Assembly (NCBI GenBank): GCA_043826505.1
Contig: JBDRQC010000004.1
Span: 7,521-71,520 of the forward strand
Reading direction: 5' to 3'
Length of the DNA: 64,000 nucleotides
From: Chrysiogenia bacterium
GTDB taxonomy: Bacteria > Acidobacteriota > Aminicenantia > UBA2199
A program made the translations under genes and the position numbers. The notes beneath the pieces were generated by a model, which was given only the letters and a program-made list of their open reading frames with translations, was not told the DNA's origin and did no database searches. The first letter of the stretch is position 1, and each line of letters begins with the position of its first letter. Shown here in pieces: positions 7,633-17,162 of the stretch.

Positions 7633-8583
7633 ATGAGTTCGTTTTTTCTGCTTCATTTTTTCCTGAGTCTTTGCCTGGCATTCATTTCTCTCTGGTTGGC
7701 CAACCACCTGCAGAGGAAATTTGTCCAGGCCTATCTGTCGGCATTCCTCTACTATGTGATCGCTGCCGTGGTCTACGGATTTTTTAACTGGCTGGGTCCC
7801 GGGTTGATGCTGAAGATGCTGTCCGCTCACCTTGCCGAAAAACAAATGCTTGACGTTGTGGTACTGCTGAGCCTGCTCGCCTTCCCGGTGCTGCTGGTCA
7901 AGATTTATTTTCTGATCGAACTGACAGCCGCCATCCTGGAAAAGGCCATTTCTATGCTATTCAGAAGATATTTCACGGTGATCAGCCTGGCCATTCTGCT
8001 GATTTATGTCCTGTCGGTCAAATCCTATTTTGATTCCGGATCAAGGGATTGGCTGCTGCGGGTCACCGAGATCGCCGGAGCCCTGGCTGTGATCGCCCAG
8101 GTGACCATCGTTCTGTACCTGTTCTTTGCAGGAAAATCCATTCCTGAAAAACAAAAAAGATCGGCGGCAAGGACCTTGGCAATGATCTTCCTAGCGAGCT
8201 TTTCACTGTATGTGCTGTTTTCGTATTCCCTGATCTTCATACGCATGACGTGGATCGTCCAGGCAGTGCCGCTGCTGTACTTCCTGGTCCCGCTGCCGCC
8301 CTTGGTTTTTGCATGGCGATTCCTGGGTGGATATTACCTCGAACATCCCTTGCTGCCTGTCAGCGGCAACGATTTGCAACGGTTCGCCGAAGCGCACCAC
8401 TTGTCCGGGCGGGAGCTGGAAATCATCCTAATGTTGCTTAACGGAAAATCCAAAAACGAGATCGCCGAGGAACTCTATCTGTCTCCGCATACGGTGCGCA
8501 ATCACCTGGCCAATATATATAAAAAAATCAAGGTGAAGAACAAACTGCAGCTTTCTTATCTGGTGAGCAATTTTTTTAAGTGA
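7633..8583 (+). CDS. Membrane-embedded (about 7 TM) LuxR-family transcriptional regulator
   Basis: An N-terminal polytopic domain is followed by the C-terminal LuxR/GerE HTH LSGRELEIILMLLNGKSKNEIAEELYLSPHTVRNHLANIYKKIKVKNKLQL. ATG 7633 is preferred over the in-frame TTG at 7627. Confidence 0.8.
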   Translation: MSSFFLLHFFLSLCLAFISLWLANHLQRKFVQAYLSAFLYYVIAAVVYGFFNWLGPGLMLKMLSAHLAEKQMLDVVVLLSLLAFPVLLVKIYFLIELTAAILEKAISMLFRRYFTVISLAILLIYVLSVKSYFDSGSRDWLLRVTEIAGALAVIAQVTIVLYLFFAGKSIPEKQKRSAARTLAMIFLASFSLYVLFSYSLIFIRMTWIVQAVPLLYFLVPLPPLVFAWRFLGGYYLEHPLLPVSGNDLQRFAEAHHLSGRELEIILMLLNGKSKNEIAEELYLSPHTVRNHLANIYKKIKVKNKLQLSYLVSNFFK

Positions 8584-8629
8584 CTCTGACATTTAAGCGC
8601 AATGAGTGCACTGGCGGAAACCCGCATCT

Positions 8630-9955
8630 TTAGAACTTCCTGAAAAAACCAAGGCCGAACAGCAATTTTCCGGCAATGGCCGGGGCGTCATCCAGGAAAA
8701 AATCCTTTTTCCAGCCGATGTACGGCCGGAGCTGGACCGCCCGGCCGAAATTCGCCAGGAAGCGGAAATCCACCTTGATCCTTTTGACGTCGGCACGGGT
8801 CTGTAGCTCGGCAAGCAGCTTCAGGAAATCGTTCCGGCATAATAAAACTCCCAGTTTGCCGCAACCTTCCAGCCCGCGCTTGAAATCGTAGCCCGCCGCA
8901 ACCTCATAACGGATCGGGCGTTGCAATTCGTCGAAGCTGGGCTGGTTGCGCAAAGCCATGCCGGTAAACAGGCTGGCCGCAAAAGGCAGGTCGTCATCAA
9001 CGGGCAAGTCCAGCCGGTAATGGGTGGTCCAGGCGGCGAAAAGCCTCGGGCCCAGCTTTTTTTCATAGTCCAGACTGATGTCGTAGATCATTTTCCCGGG
9101 CCAGAACTGGGCGAAAAAACCGTCGCCGTTGAGAATGGGAGATTCAAAGTCGACGCCGGCCACGATCCGCCGCGAGGGATTGGAGAAGAATTCGAACTTG
9201 AAGTTGCCGGCTACCTCCAGCTTGAAGACATCGTCGAAAGGCGAGGCCCCGACCCGCACTTTCATGCTGTCGAGGACCGCTTCGCGGTCGGGCGCCGACT
9301 TGTAGCGCAGTCCCAAATACGAGGCATTGGGGAATTCGTAGTGCCGGACATTCTTGAAAAAGAGGTCGATGTTTTTGTTCAAGGACAGCGAGAGGCCCCA
9401 ATCATGGAAAAACCTGGCGAAATTCACCCACTTTAATTCCGCGGCCAGAGCCAGTTCGGGGATGAAGACACCCCGCCATTCCACGCTCATCACCGCCAGC
9501 TGCCGGTAACCTTCGCTGCCGCCGGTGAAGCCGCCGACACCCAGCGCCAGGTCGAAATTCCTGCCGGCCAGTCCGACCTTGCCCAGAACCTCGTTCAGGT
9601 TCCAGACGTAGGAAGTGGCGCGTACGGTTTCGTGGCGGCAGAAATGGTTAAGGCGCAGTTCGAACGTCAATTTTTCACGGACGGTTTTTTGCACGCCGAC
9701 ATTGACCCAGTAATCGATGGCGCCCTGCAGTTTGCCGTTCATCCTGGAATGGTATTGAACTTCACTGAATAGATTTCCCCATTTACTTGGATAATCGAAA
9801 CGGAATACGGGATGGTAGTACCTGCGCTCCAGGGAATCGAGGCCGTATTCCATCACCAGGCTGGCGCCATTCTTCCGTTCCTGCTCCTCTTCGGCGATAG
9901 GCCCAATGGGCAGCAGGGAGAAAAACAAGACAAAAAGCGTTACATATCTTTTCAA
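8630..9955 (-). CDS. Putative outer-membrane beta-barrel protein (function unknown)
   Basis: The 441-aa ORF has a TTG start and a signal-like N-terminus (KRYVTLFVLFFSLLPIGPIA). It shows an alternating beta-strand pattern throughout and ends in the OMP-type sequence GLGFFRKF. Confidence 0.6.
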   Translation of the reverse strand: MKRYVTLFVLFFSLLPIGPIAEEEQERKNGASLVMEYGLDSLERRYYHPVFRFDYPSKWGNLFSEVQYHSRMNGKLQGAIDYWVNVGVQKTVREKLTFELRLNHFCRHETVRATSYVWNLNEVLGKVGLAGRNFDLALGVGGFTGGSEGYRQLAVMSVEWRGVFIPELALAAELKWVNFARFFHDWGLSLSLNKNIDLFFKNVRHYEFPNASYLGLRYKSAPDREAVLDSMKVRVGASPFDDVFKLEVAGNFKFEFFSNPSRRIVAGVDFESPILNGDGFFAQFWPGKMIYDISLDYEKKLGPRLFAAWTTHYRLDLPVDDDLPFAASLFTGMALRNQPSFDELQRPIRYEVAAGYDFKRGLEGCGKLGVLLCRNDFLKLLAELQTRADVKRIKVDFRFLANFGRAVQLRPYIGWKKDFFLDDAPAIAGKLLFGLGFFRKF

Positions 9956-10085
9956 GGGCTACTTTTAACAGAAAAAGGCAGGAAGGGCAAGAAGGATGAG
10001 AAACAGGGGAAGGGCCACCACCTCTCAATTGGGCAACCGCGAGGATTGCCCTGAACAATAATATTCCCCTTGCCTGGATTTTTTT

Positions 10086-10120
10086 AAAAAAAAGGCGGCC
10101 AAAATGACCGCCCTTTTTTT
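10086..10120 (-). terminator. Rho-independent terminator downstream of dcp (A-run/T-run flanked, potentially bidirectional)
   Basis: The stem pairs GGCGGCCA (10094-10101) with TGACCGCC (10105-10112), with one mismatch and a 3-nt loop. It is flanked by an A8 run (10086-10093) and a T7 run (10114-10120), and on the minus strand the stem is followed by a U-run. Confidence 0.65.
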
Positions 10121-10136
10121 AATCAAATAATAGTGA

Positions 10137-12257
10137 TTACAGCAGTCCGCGTTTTTTCAGCAGCGGTTCGACCTTGGGCTCGCGGCCGCGGAAACGCTTG
10201 TAGAGCACCATGGCGTCTTCGGTGCCCAACTTGGCCAGGATGTTCTTGCGGAAAGAGGCGGCGGTCTTTTTGTCGAAAAGCGAGGTTTCCTTGAAAGCCT
10301 CAAAGGCATCGGCATCCAGAACTCCCGACCAGATGTAGCTGTAATAACCGGCTTCGTAGCCGCCATGGATGTGGGCGAAATAGGTGGAGCGGTAGCGGGG
10401 CAGGATCTCGGGGATCAGGTTGATGGCAGCCATGACCTTTTTTTCAAACTTGGTCACATTGATATTCTGGGCATTTTCCAAGGAGTGCCAGGCCATGTCC
10501 AGGAAGCAGGCGGCCAGGTATTCGACGGTCTCGAAGCCCTGGTTGAACAGGCTGCTTTTTTTGAGTTTGTCTACCAGGACGGCGGGGATGACCTCGCCGG
10601 TTTTGTAGTGTTTGGCGTAGATCTTCAGCATTTCAGGCTCCAGCACCCAGTGTTCCATGATCTGCGAAGGCAACTCCACCGAATCCTGGGGAGCGAAGTT
10701 TGAGCGGAAGGGGCTGTCGGTAAAAAGGGTGTCCAGGGAATGGCCGAATTCATGGAAAAAAGTGGAAACTTCGTCGATGCTGAGCAGCGACGGCGTGCCG
10801 GGCGTGGGCTTGGTGAAATTGCAGACCAGCGTAGAAAACGGGATGACGCGCTTGCCGTTCTGGTAAAAAGAAGTGCGGAACGCGCCCGACCAGGCGCCGC
10901 CCTGCTTGGAGTCGCGAGGGAAGAAATCCATGTATAAAATACCCAGCAAACGGCCGGAGCCTTCGTGGACCTCGAATACCTTGACTTCGGGATGGTAGAT
11001 GGGGATATCCTTGCGTTCTATGAATTTCAGACCCCAGAGCTTTTCAACCAGCGTAAAGACGCCCTTCTGGACGTTTTCAAGCTGGAAGTACGGGCGCAGC
11101 GCCGAGTCGTCCAGGTCATACTTGGCCTTGCGCAGTTTCTCGGCGTAATACCACCAATCGGCAGGGGCCAGTTTGAACCCGCCCTGCTCAGCGTCGATCA
11201 GCTTCTGCATTTCGGCGGCTTCTGCCTTGGCCCGTTCCAGGGCCGGCTGCCACAGGCGCATCAGGAATTCGTGGACGGCTTCGGGGGTCTTGGCCATGCG
11301 CGGTTCCAGGTAGAATTGGGCCGGTGTCTTGTAGCCCAGCATGCGGTAGCGTTCTTCGCGCAAAACCAGGAGCTTTTGCAGGACGGCCTTGTTGTCCTTG
11401 TCGTTGTCGCGGTCGCCGCGCATGAAATAGGCGGAATACAGCGCTTTGCGCAGATCGCGGTTTTCGGCATACTGCAGGAATGGCGTCCAGCTGGGCCGCT
11501 GAGTGGTAAAAACCCATTTCCCGGTCATGTCCATGGCCTTGGCCGTCTCCTCGCCCATGGCCATGACACTTTCCGGCAGGCCGGCCAGATCGGCTTTATT
11601 GTCGATCACGATATACGAACCGTTGGTTTCGGCCAGCAGGTTGTCATCGAACTTGAGCGCCAACAGGGAGTGCTCGCGGTTGATGTCGCGCAGGCGGGCC
11701 TTCTGCTTTTCATCCAGCAGCGCGCCGCTGCGCAGGAAACCGCGATAGGTGTTTTCCAGCAAATAGAGCTGTACGGCGGAAAGATTCAGCCTGGCCCGCT
11801 TATCATAAACGGCCTTCACCCGGGCGAAGAGCTTCTCATTGAGCGAGATATTGTCATTGTGGGCGGAAAACAGCGGTGACAATTGGTTGGCAAGGTCCTG
11901 CATCTGGGGGCTGGTGACGGCTCCCAGCAGCGAATAAAAAACTGCGGCCACATCGCCCAGGAGCTGGCCTGATATGTCCAGGGCCACGATGGTGTTCTCG
12001 AAGGTCGCCGGCTTGGAATTGCTGACAATGGCGTCGATCTCGGCCTGGTGGCGCTTGATCCCTTCCTGCACCGCCGGCAGGTAATGGCTGATCTGGATGC
12101 GGTCAAAGGCCGGGGTTTGAAACGGCGTATTGGGAGTAACCAATAACGGGTTGTCCGCGGCCGCCGCTTCGCCCCGCATAGACGGGGCCAGAGGCAGGCA
12201 CAGGACCGCCAGCAGCAAAGCCGGCACAAACTTGAAAAAAACGGTTTTTTTATTCAA
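10137..12257 (-). CDS. dcp: Exported M3A metallopeptidase, peptidyl-dipeptidase Dcp / oligopeptidase A-like
   Basis: 706 aa with a TTG start behind AAGGAGG. The signal peptide is MNKKTVFFKFVPALLLAVLCLPLA. It carries the zinc motif HEFGHSLD and M3-typical length and flanks. Confidence 0.9.
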   Translation of the reverse strand: MNKKTVFFKFVPALLLAVLCLPLAPSMRGEAAAADNPLLVTPNTPFQTPAFDRIQISHYLPAVQEGIKRHQAEIDAIVSNSKPATFENTIVALDISGQLLGDVAAVFYSLLGAVTSPQMQDLANQLSPLFSAHNDNISLNEKLFARVKAVYDKRARLNLSAVQLYLLENTYRGFLRSGALLDEKQKARLRDINREHSLLALKFDDNLLAETNGSYIVIDNKADLAGLPESVMAMGEETAKAMDMTGKWVFTTQRPSWTPFLQYAENRDLRKALYSAYFMRGDRDNDKDNKAVLQKLLVLREERYRMLGYKTPAQFYLEPRMAKTPEAVHEFLMRLWQPALERAKAEAAEMQKLIDAEQGGFKLAPADWWYYAEKLRKAKYDLDDSALRPYFQLENVQKGVFTLVEKLWGLKFIERKDIPIYHPEVKVFEVHEGSGRLLGILYMDFFPRDSKQGGAWSGAFRTSFYQNGKRVIPFSTLVCNFTKPTPGTPSLLSIDEVSTFFHEFGHSLDTLFTDSPFRSNFAPQDSVELPSQIMEHWVLEPEMLKIYAKHYKTGEVIPAVLVDKLKKSSLFNQGFETVEYLAACFLDMAWHSLENAQNINVTKFEKKVMAAINLIPEILPRYRSTYFAHIHGGYEAGYYSYIWSGVLDADAFEAFKETSLFDKKTAASFRKNILAKLGTEDAMVLYKRFRGREPKVEPLLKKRGLL

Positions 12258-12348
12258 GGCGAATTCCTCCTTATTAGGTAGTTGCCAAATCCATTATACG
12301 TGCAAAATCCGTATTTGGACCAAATTACATTATTTTATTTTGCGCCGC

Positions 12349-12378
12349 TTGACAAAAAAGCCGCCGCCAGAGGATAAT
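12349..12378 (+). promoter_or_regulatory. Putative sigma70-type promoter for the flavodoxin-fold gene pair
   Basis: TTGACA (12349-12354), 18-nt spacer, GATAAT (12373-12378). SD GGGAGG (12397-12402) and ATG 12407 follow. Confidence 0.5.
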
Positions 12379-12406
12379 CTGAACCTGCAAGCACGCGGGA
12401 GGAACA

Positions 12407-12991
12407 ATGAAGGCAGTTTTTTTGAAAGGCTCGCCACCGGCCGGGCGGGACCTGCTTTGCAACCGGGCCGCGGCCGCGCTCATTTCGACCATGAACGCCC
12501 GGGGCTGGCAGGTAAAGGCGTTCGCCCTGGCCGGAATGGAAATCAAACACTGCCGGGGGTGTTTTTCCTGCTGGGTAAGAACCCCTGGGCGCTGCGTCAT
12601 CAGCGACGATGACCAGGAGCCGATCCTGCAGGCCTGGGCCGGAGCGGACCTGATCGCCTTTCTGACCCCAATTGCTTTCGGCGGCTACGCACCGGAATTG
12701 AAAAAAGCCATGGACCGGATCATTCCTGTCCTTCTCCCGTTCTTCATGCAAATCCGCGGCGAGACCCATCATCCGCAGCGTTACCCTCAGCAACGCAGCC
12801 TGCTGGCCATTGGAACCCAAAAGCAGGAGGATGCCGACAGTGAAAATGTTTTCCGCCGCCTGGTCAAACGCAATGCCTTGAACATGGGTGATGTCCAAGC
12901 CTCGACATTGGTATTCAGCGGCGACGTTTCCCTGGCGGAAATTGAAAAGAAACTCGGAGCAGAACCGCTTTTCCGCGGGGTGGAAAAATGA
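12407..12991 (+). CDS. Flavodoxin-fold NAD(P)H-dependent FMN reductase / iron-sulfur flavoprotein-like protein
   Basis: 194 aa beginning MKAVFLKGSP. It has the Cys motif HCRGCFSCWVRTPGRC followed by ADLIAFLTPIAFGGY, which is typical of this fold family. Confidence 0.7.
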   Translation: MKAVFLKGSPPAGRDLLCNRAAAALISTMNARGWQVKAFALAGMEIKHCRGCFSCWVRTPGRCVISDDDQEPILQAWAGADLIAFLTPIAFGGYAPELKKAMDRIIPVLLPFFMQIRGETHHPQRYPQQRSLLAIGTQKQEDADSENVFRRLVKRNALNMGDVQASTLVFSGDVSLAEIEKKLGAEPLFRGVEK

Positions 12992-13677
12992 ACGGCAAAA
13001 AAGTACTGCTCCTGGTCGGCAGCCCGCGCGGCCTGGCCAGCGTATCCCACTCCCTGGGCGACCATCTGCTGTCACTGCTGGAGCAGCGCGGCCTGGCCAC
13101 GAAGAAACTGTTGCTCTACCCGGCACTGACCGATGAGAAGAAAATGAGCGAACTGTTGTCGGCCGTCGACGCCTGTTCGCTGCTGGTGGCGGCATTCCCC
13201 CTCTACGTCGACCACCTCCCCGCCCCGGTCATCGACCTGCTGCAGCGGGTCGCTGAACGCCGCCAGGGACAACCGGCCGCGCCAACACAGGCTCTGGCCG
13301 CCATCGTCAACTGCGGCTTTCCCGAGACCGCCCAGTGCCGCCCGGCCCAGGAAATCATACGCATTTTCGCAAAACAGGCCGGCTTCCGCTTCCTGGGCTG
13401 CCTGGCCCTGGGCATGGGCGGCGCCATCGGCAACCGCCCCTTGGCCAAGGCCGGCGGCATGGTCCGCCACCAAGCGAAGGCATTGCAGCAAGCCGCTGAT
13501 TTTCTGGGCAAAGGAGAAGAGATGCCCACGGAGATCATCGACCTCATGGGCAAGGCCATGATGCCGCGCTGGTTTTATAACTGGATGGCCGACCGGGGCT
13601 GGAAACGCAGCGCGCGCAAGTTCAAGGTTTCCAAATGCCTGGGCGACAAGCCGTACGATCCCGAAGGCACTATTTGA
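12988..13677 (+). CDS. Flavodoxin-fold NAD(P)H-dependent oxidoreductase-like protein
   Basis: 229 aa beginning KKVLLLVGSPRGLASVSHSLG, with LLVAAFPLYVDHLP further in. Its ATG overlaps the upstream stop (ATGA). Its 3' end overlaps the convergent regulator gene by 8 nt. Confidence 0.65.
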   Translation: MNGKKVLLLVGSPRGLASVSHSLGDHLLSLLEQRGLATKKLLLYPALTDEKKMSELLSAVDACSLLVAAFPLYVDHLPAPVIDLLQRVAERRQGQPAAPTQALAAIVNCGFPETAQCRPAQEIIRIFAKQAGFRFLGCLALGMGGAIGNRPLAKAGGMVRHQAKALQQAADFLGKGEEMPTEIIDLMGKAMMPRWFYNWMADRGWKRSARKFKVSKCLGDKPYDPEGTI

Positions 13678-16471
13678 CCTGGAGGTTCTTGAACAGGGTG
13701 AGGAGCTGGGCGCGATTCTTGACACCGATCTTCTGGTAAATGTTGTAGATATGGTTCTTTACCGTGCCCATGGCGATGAAGAGCGCATCCTCGATCTCCT
13801 TGTTGCTCTTGCCTTTCAGCAGCAGATGGATGATCTCTTTTTCCCGCTGCGAAATATCGAATTTTTCAAAATACTTATCCATGGCCGCCTCGGTCCTGAT
13901 CCGCGCCGCCAGGCGCCGGGTGCGGCTGTGGTTCCAATTGACAAAAATAAAAAGCAAGAAAAAAAACACCGGCACACGGAACCACCAGTTCTGCCACCAG
14001 GGCGGACTCATTTCAATAGCCAGCGCGGCCCCCTTTTCATTCCAGATGCCGTGGTTATTCGATCCCTTGACGCGGAAGACATATTGTCCCGGACGCAGGT
14101 TGCTTACCGTGATCTCGTGGCGGTTGCCGATTTCGATCCAATTGTCGTGCAGTCCCTCGATCATGTAGGCGTACTGATTGCGCCGGGAATCGGAATGGGA
14201 CAGGGCGGCAAAGGAGAAGGAGACAGTCCGGTCACTTGGGCCCAGTTTCAGCGTTTTCATGTTATCGAAGTCACCGGACAGGTCTCGGCCGCTGTTGAAA
14301 ACCCTTACCCCGGTGATAACCAACGGCGGAATATAGGGATTTACTTTTATTTTTTCTGGGAAAAATGAGGTCAAGCCATTGAAAGAGCCGAAAAACATTT
14401 CATTGTCCTCTGCTTTAAAAAAAGATCCCGGCAGAAATTCATTGCCCTGCAAGCCATCCAGGATAGTGAAGCTCCTGAAACTCTTGTCACGCGGATCGAA
14501 CAAGCTGAGGCCGCGGTTGGTGCTCATCCACAAGTTGCCGTGCTGGTCCTCCAGCAGACCCAGGATGTCGTTGTTGGCCAAACCGTGCTCTGTGGTGTAA
14601 CGGATAAATTTTCCGCTTTCCCGGTCAAAGTAATTCAAACCGCCGCTGTGGGTGCCGATCCAAAAGCGCCCGCGGCGGTCTTCCAGCATGCACAAAATCT
14701 TATCGCAGCTCAGACTGGCCGAGTCATTCTCACGGTGACGGTATGTTTTTCTCAAAATGCGGTTATCGAGATCAAAAGAGCTTACTCCTCCCCCGTAAGT
14801 TCCGATCCATACACGGCCAAGGCTGTCCTGACAAATTGCCGTAATATAATCGCAACCTATGGTTTTGGCAGGAGAGGACTCATTGCGGTAGACGGTGAAA
14901 GTTCCCCGTGAGCGGTCGAACAGGTTCAAGCCGTTCTGGGTGCCGATCCACAGCCGACCGTAGCGGTCTTGCCAAAAACAAGTAATCCGGTCATCGCTCA
15001 GGCTTCCCATGCCTTGGCTATGCGAATAATATCCGCGGAAAACCTTCTTTTCTATGTCATAGGCATGCAATCCCCTGTCGGTCCCCAGCCATAATATCTG
15101 GTCACGGTCCAGCAGCAGGGCCGAAATGGTTGTTTCCTTGGTTTCCCGGGGATTGCCGGGAAGAGTGACAATGGTCAGGGTTTCGTCCAAACTGCGATTG
15201 AACCTGGCCAGGCCGTTTTTATAGGTCCCAAGCCACAAATTGCCTTCAGGATCCTTGGACACCGCAGTAACCCGGAAACTGCCGAATTTCTTCTCCGGTC
15301 CGACAATTTCAAGTCCATATGAAGCGAACTGCTGGGTTTTCAGGTCATACTTGGAAATTCCGCTCAAAGTGCCGGCCCAGACAACATCCTCAGGATCCTG
15401 ATATATGGAAATTACAAAGCGGTTCGGCAGCAGGCGCCTGGGAATGGCGCCGGCCCGGAAATACAATTCTATCATGTTCGCAGCCGGAAAAACATAGATT
15501 CCCGACTCGGTGGCGATCCAGATCCTGCCCTGAGTGTCGCGGAAGAACTGAAAAATACGGCTGCGATATAAATGCGGAAGTAAGCCACTGGATTCGCTGT
15601 TGAAATTAAAAGTTCCGCTTTTTTCATCAAAGCGGACCAAACCGGCTTCGGTACCCAGCCATAACGTTCCTTTTTCGTCTTCGAAAATCGCATTGATCTG
15701 ATTGTGCCGGGCTGCGTTGCGGTCATTCTGCCGGCTCTGGAAGTGTTCGAAGGTTTCCTCGCCGCTGTTGAACCGGTAGAGCCCGTCTCCAGTTCCGACC
15801 CAAAGAATTCCATTTTTATCAAGATGCAGACTGTAAACCGCATTTTGCCTTTTGGCCGCGGAGAAATCCTGCACATGCAAGTAACGTTTGAAAACACGAC
15901 TCTGGCTGGCAAACTTGTTCAAACCATTATCAGTCCCGATCCAGAACAAGCCGTCCCCGGCAGGCAGGATCACGCGAACGGCATTGTCGCTCAAGCTGCC
16001 GGGATCGTCGGGCCTGGAGCGGAAACATGTGAACTCTTCCCGGATGGGGTCAAAATGATTGATGCCGCCGCCGATGGTACCGATCCAAAAAGTGCCGTCG
16101 TCGTCCATGATCATATTGTTGACCATGTCATGGCTCAGACAGTTGCCGCCGCGGAAATTGTGATTGAAAATTTTAAAATTGTATCCGTCATAGCGGTTCA
16201 ACCCGCCGTAGCTGCCGAACCACATGAAACCGTTCCGGTCCTGAAGAATGCTGGTAACCGTATTCTGGGACAGGCCGTCCTCAATGGAGATGTACTGGAA
16301 ACCGGGACTGTCGGAATCGGCCCAAAGGTTCAGAAAAGAAGTCACAACAAGCAGCAGCCACAAACATTTTCGGCCCAGGCGCCGGCAACACTTTCTCCCC
16401 CGCAAAAACTGGTTCTGCTCAGGATTCATCATCCGTGAAACCATTTCAGCAATTTCTATTTTTGTTCTCAT
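13670..16471 (-). CDS. One-component regulator: periplasmic two-component-regulator-propeller repeats + Y_Y_Y domain + TM helix + LuxR HTH
   Basis: Repeated beta-propeller blades (e.g. LWIGTxxGL, WVGTxxGL, DRxGxxWxGT) are followed by a YYY-type domain (QYAYMIEGLHDNW). Next come the TM segment WWFRVPVFFFLLFIFV and the C-terminal HTH REKEIIHLLLKGKSNKEIEDALFIAMGTVKNHIYNIYQKIGVKNRAQL. The start is uncertain (ATG 16471, ATG 16444 or TTG 16513). Confidence 0.85.
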   Translation of the reverse strand: MRTKIEIAEMVSRMMNPEQNQFLRGRKCCRRLGRKCLWLLLVVTSFLNLWADSDSPGFQYISIEDGLSQNTVTSILQDRNGFMWFGSYGGLNRYDGYNFKIFNHNFRGGNCLSHDMVNNMIMDDDGTFWIGTIGGGINHFDPIREEFTCFRSRPDDPGSLSDNAVRVILPAGDGLFWIGTDNGLNKFASQSRVFKRYLHVQDFSAAKRQNAVYSLHLDKNGILWVGTGDGLYRFNSGEETFEHFQSRQNDRNAARHNQINAIFEDEKGTLWLGTEAGLVRFDEKSGTFNFNSESSGLLPHLYRSRIFQFFRDTQGRIWIATESGIYVFPAANMIELYFRAGAIPRRLLPNRFVISIYQDPEDVVWAGTLSGISKYDLKTQQFASYGLEIVGPEKKFGSFRVTAVSKDPEGNLWLGTYKNGLARFNRSLDETLTIVTLPGNPRETKETTISALLLDRDQILWLGTDRGLHAYDIEKKVFRGYYSHSQGMGSLSDDRITCFWQDRYGRLWIGTQNGLNLFDRSRGTFTVYRNESSPAKTIGCDYITAICQDSLGRVWIGTYGGGVSSFDLDNRILRKTYRHRENDSASLSCDKILCMLEDRRGRFWIGTHSGGLNYFDRESGKFIRYTTEHGLANNDILGLLEDQHGNLWMSTNRGLSLFDPRDKSFRSFTILDGLQGNEFLPGSFFKAEDNEMFFGSFNGLTSFFPEKIKVNPYIPPLVITGVRVFNSGRDLSGDFDNMKTLKLGPSDRTVSFSFAALSHSDSRRNQYAYMIEGLHDNWIEIGNRHEITVSNLRPGQYVFRVKGSNNHGIWNEKGAALAIEMSPPWWQNWWFRVPVFFFLLFIFVNWNHSRTRRLAARIRTEAAMDKYFEKFDISQREKEIIHLLLKGKSNKEIEDALFIAMGTVKNHIYNIYQKIGVKNRAQLLTLFKNLQVK

Positions 16472-16663
16472 GGCAGCATTACTGAATAGTACATCATCCC
16501 TTAGACGTTTCAAATAGACAATATGTTATATTTTATTTATAACAAAAATCTAAATAGGACTTTAGTCACGAATTCAAAAATATGACCTTTCACCCATTTT
16601 ATTATGTGATTTTACACGTTATATAAGACAGGGAAACATGACAAATAATTCAAGGAGATTTGC

Positions 16664-17083
16664 ATGAAACAAAAAGCGCAAAACAGTGTCAGCAAAATTG
16701 AGTCGGACCAACTCTCAGCGATGCCCGATTTTGTCAGGATTTATGCGCAGGCGTGGATGCAGCCGCAAAGTCAGGAATCACCGCGAACAGTTCCGGAAGC
16801 GGCGAAATCACTGGAAAAGATCAAGGAATCGCTGGTCTTTGCTTACCTGGTTTCCAACCTGAACTTCAAAAATCTCCCCCTGAAGACCTTCATGGACAAT
16901 TTTGAAAAAAAAATATTGCTCGCTTGCCTGCGCTTGACCGGCGGCAATCAGAAAAATGCCGCCGCTGTCATGAGCATCAAACCCACCGTCCTCTTTGAAA
17001 AAATGCGCAAACACGGTATCAGCAGGCAGCAACTGCGATTGCCCGGAGCCTGGAGCTCGTCCCACTTGGATATGCGCGACTAA
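16664..17083 (+). CDS. Small Fis-type HTH DNA-binding protein
   Basis: SD AAGGAG lies upstream. The C-terminal segment LLACLRLTGGNQKNAAAVMSIKPTVLFEKMRKHGI resembles the Fis/NtrC-family HTH_8 motif, and the N-terminal part is unassigned. Confidence 0.65.
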   Translation: MKQKAQNSVSKIESDQLSAMPDFVRIYAQAWMQPQSQESPRTVPEAAKSLEKIKESLVFAYLVSNLNFKNLPLKTFMDNFEKKILLACLRLTGGNQKNAAAVMSIKPTVLFEKMRKHGISRQQLRLPGAWSSSHLDMRD

Positions 17084-17162
17084 CTGTATTTCAATTTCAG
17101 CCGATCAGCCAAAATACTTTTCCCCGTGCCTTGCTGCCTCAATCAATTCAGGAACAGGAGTA

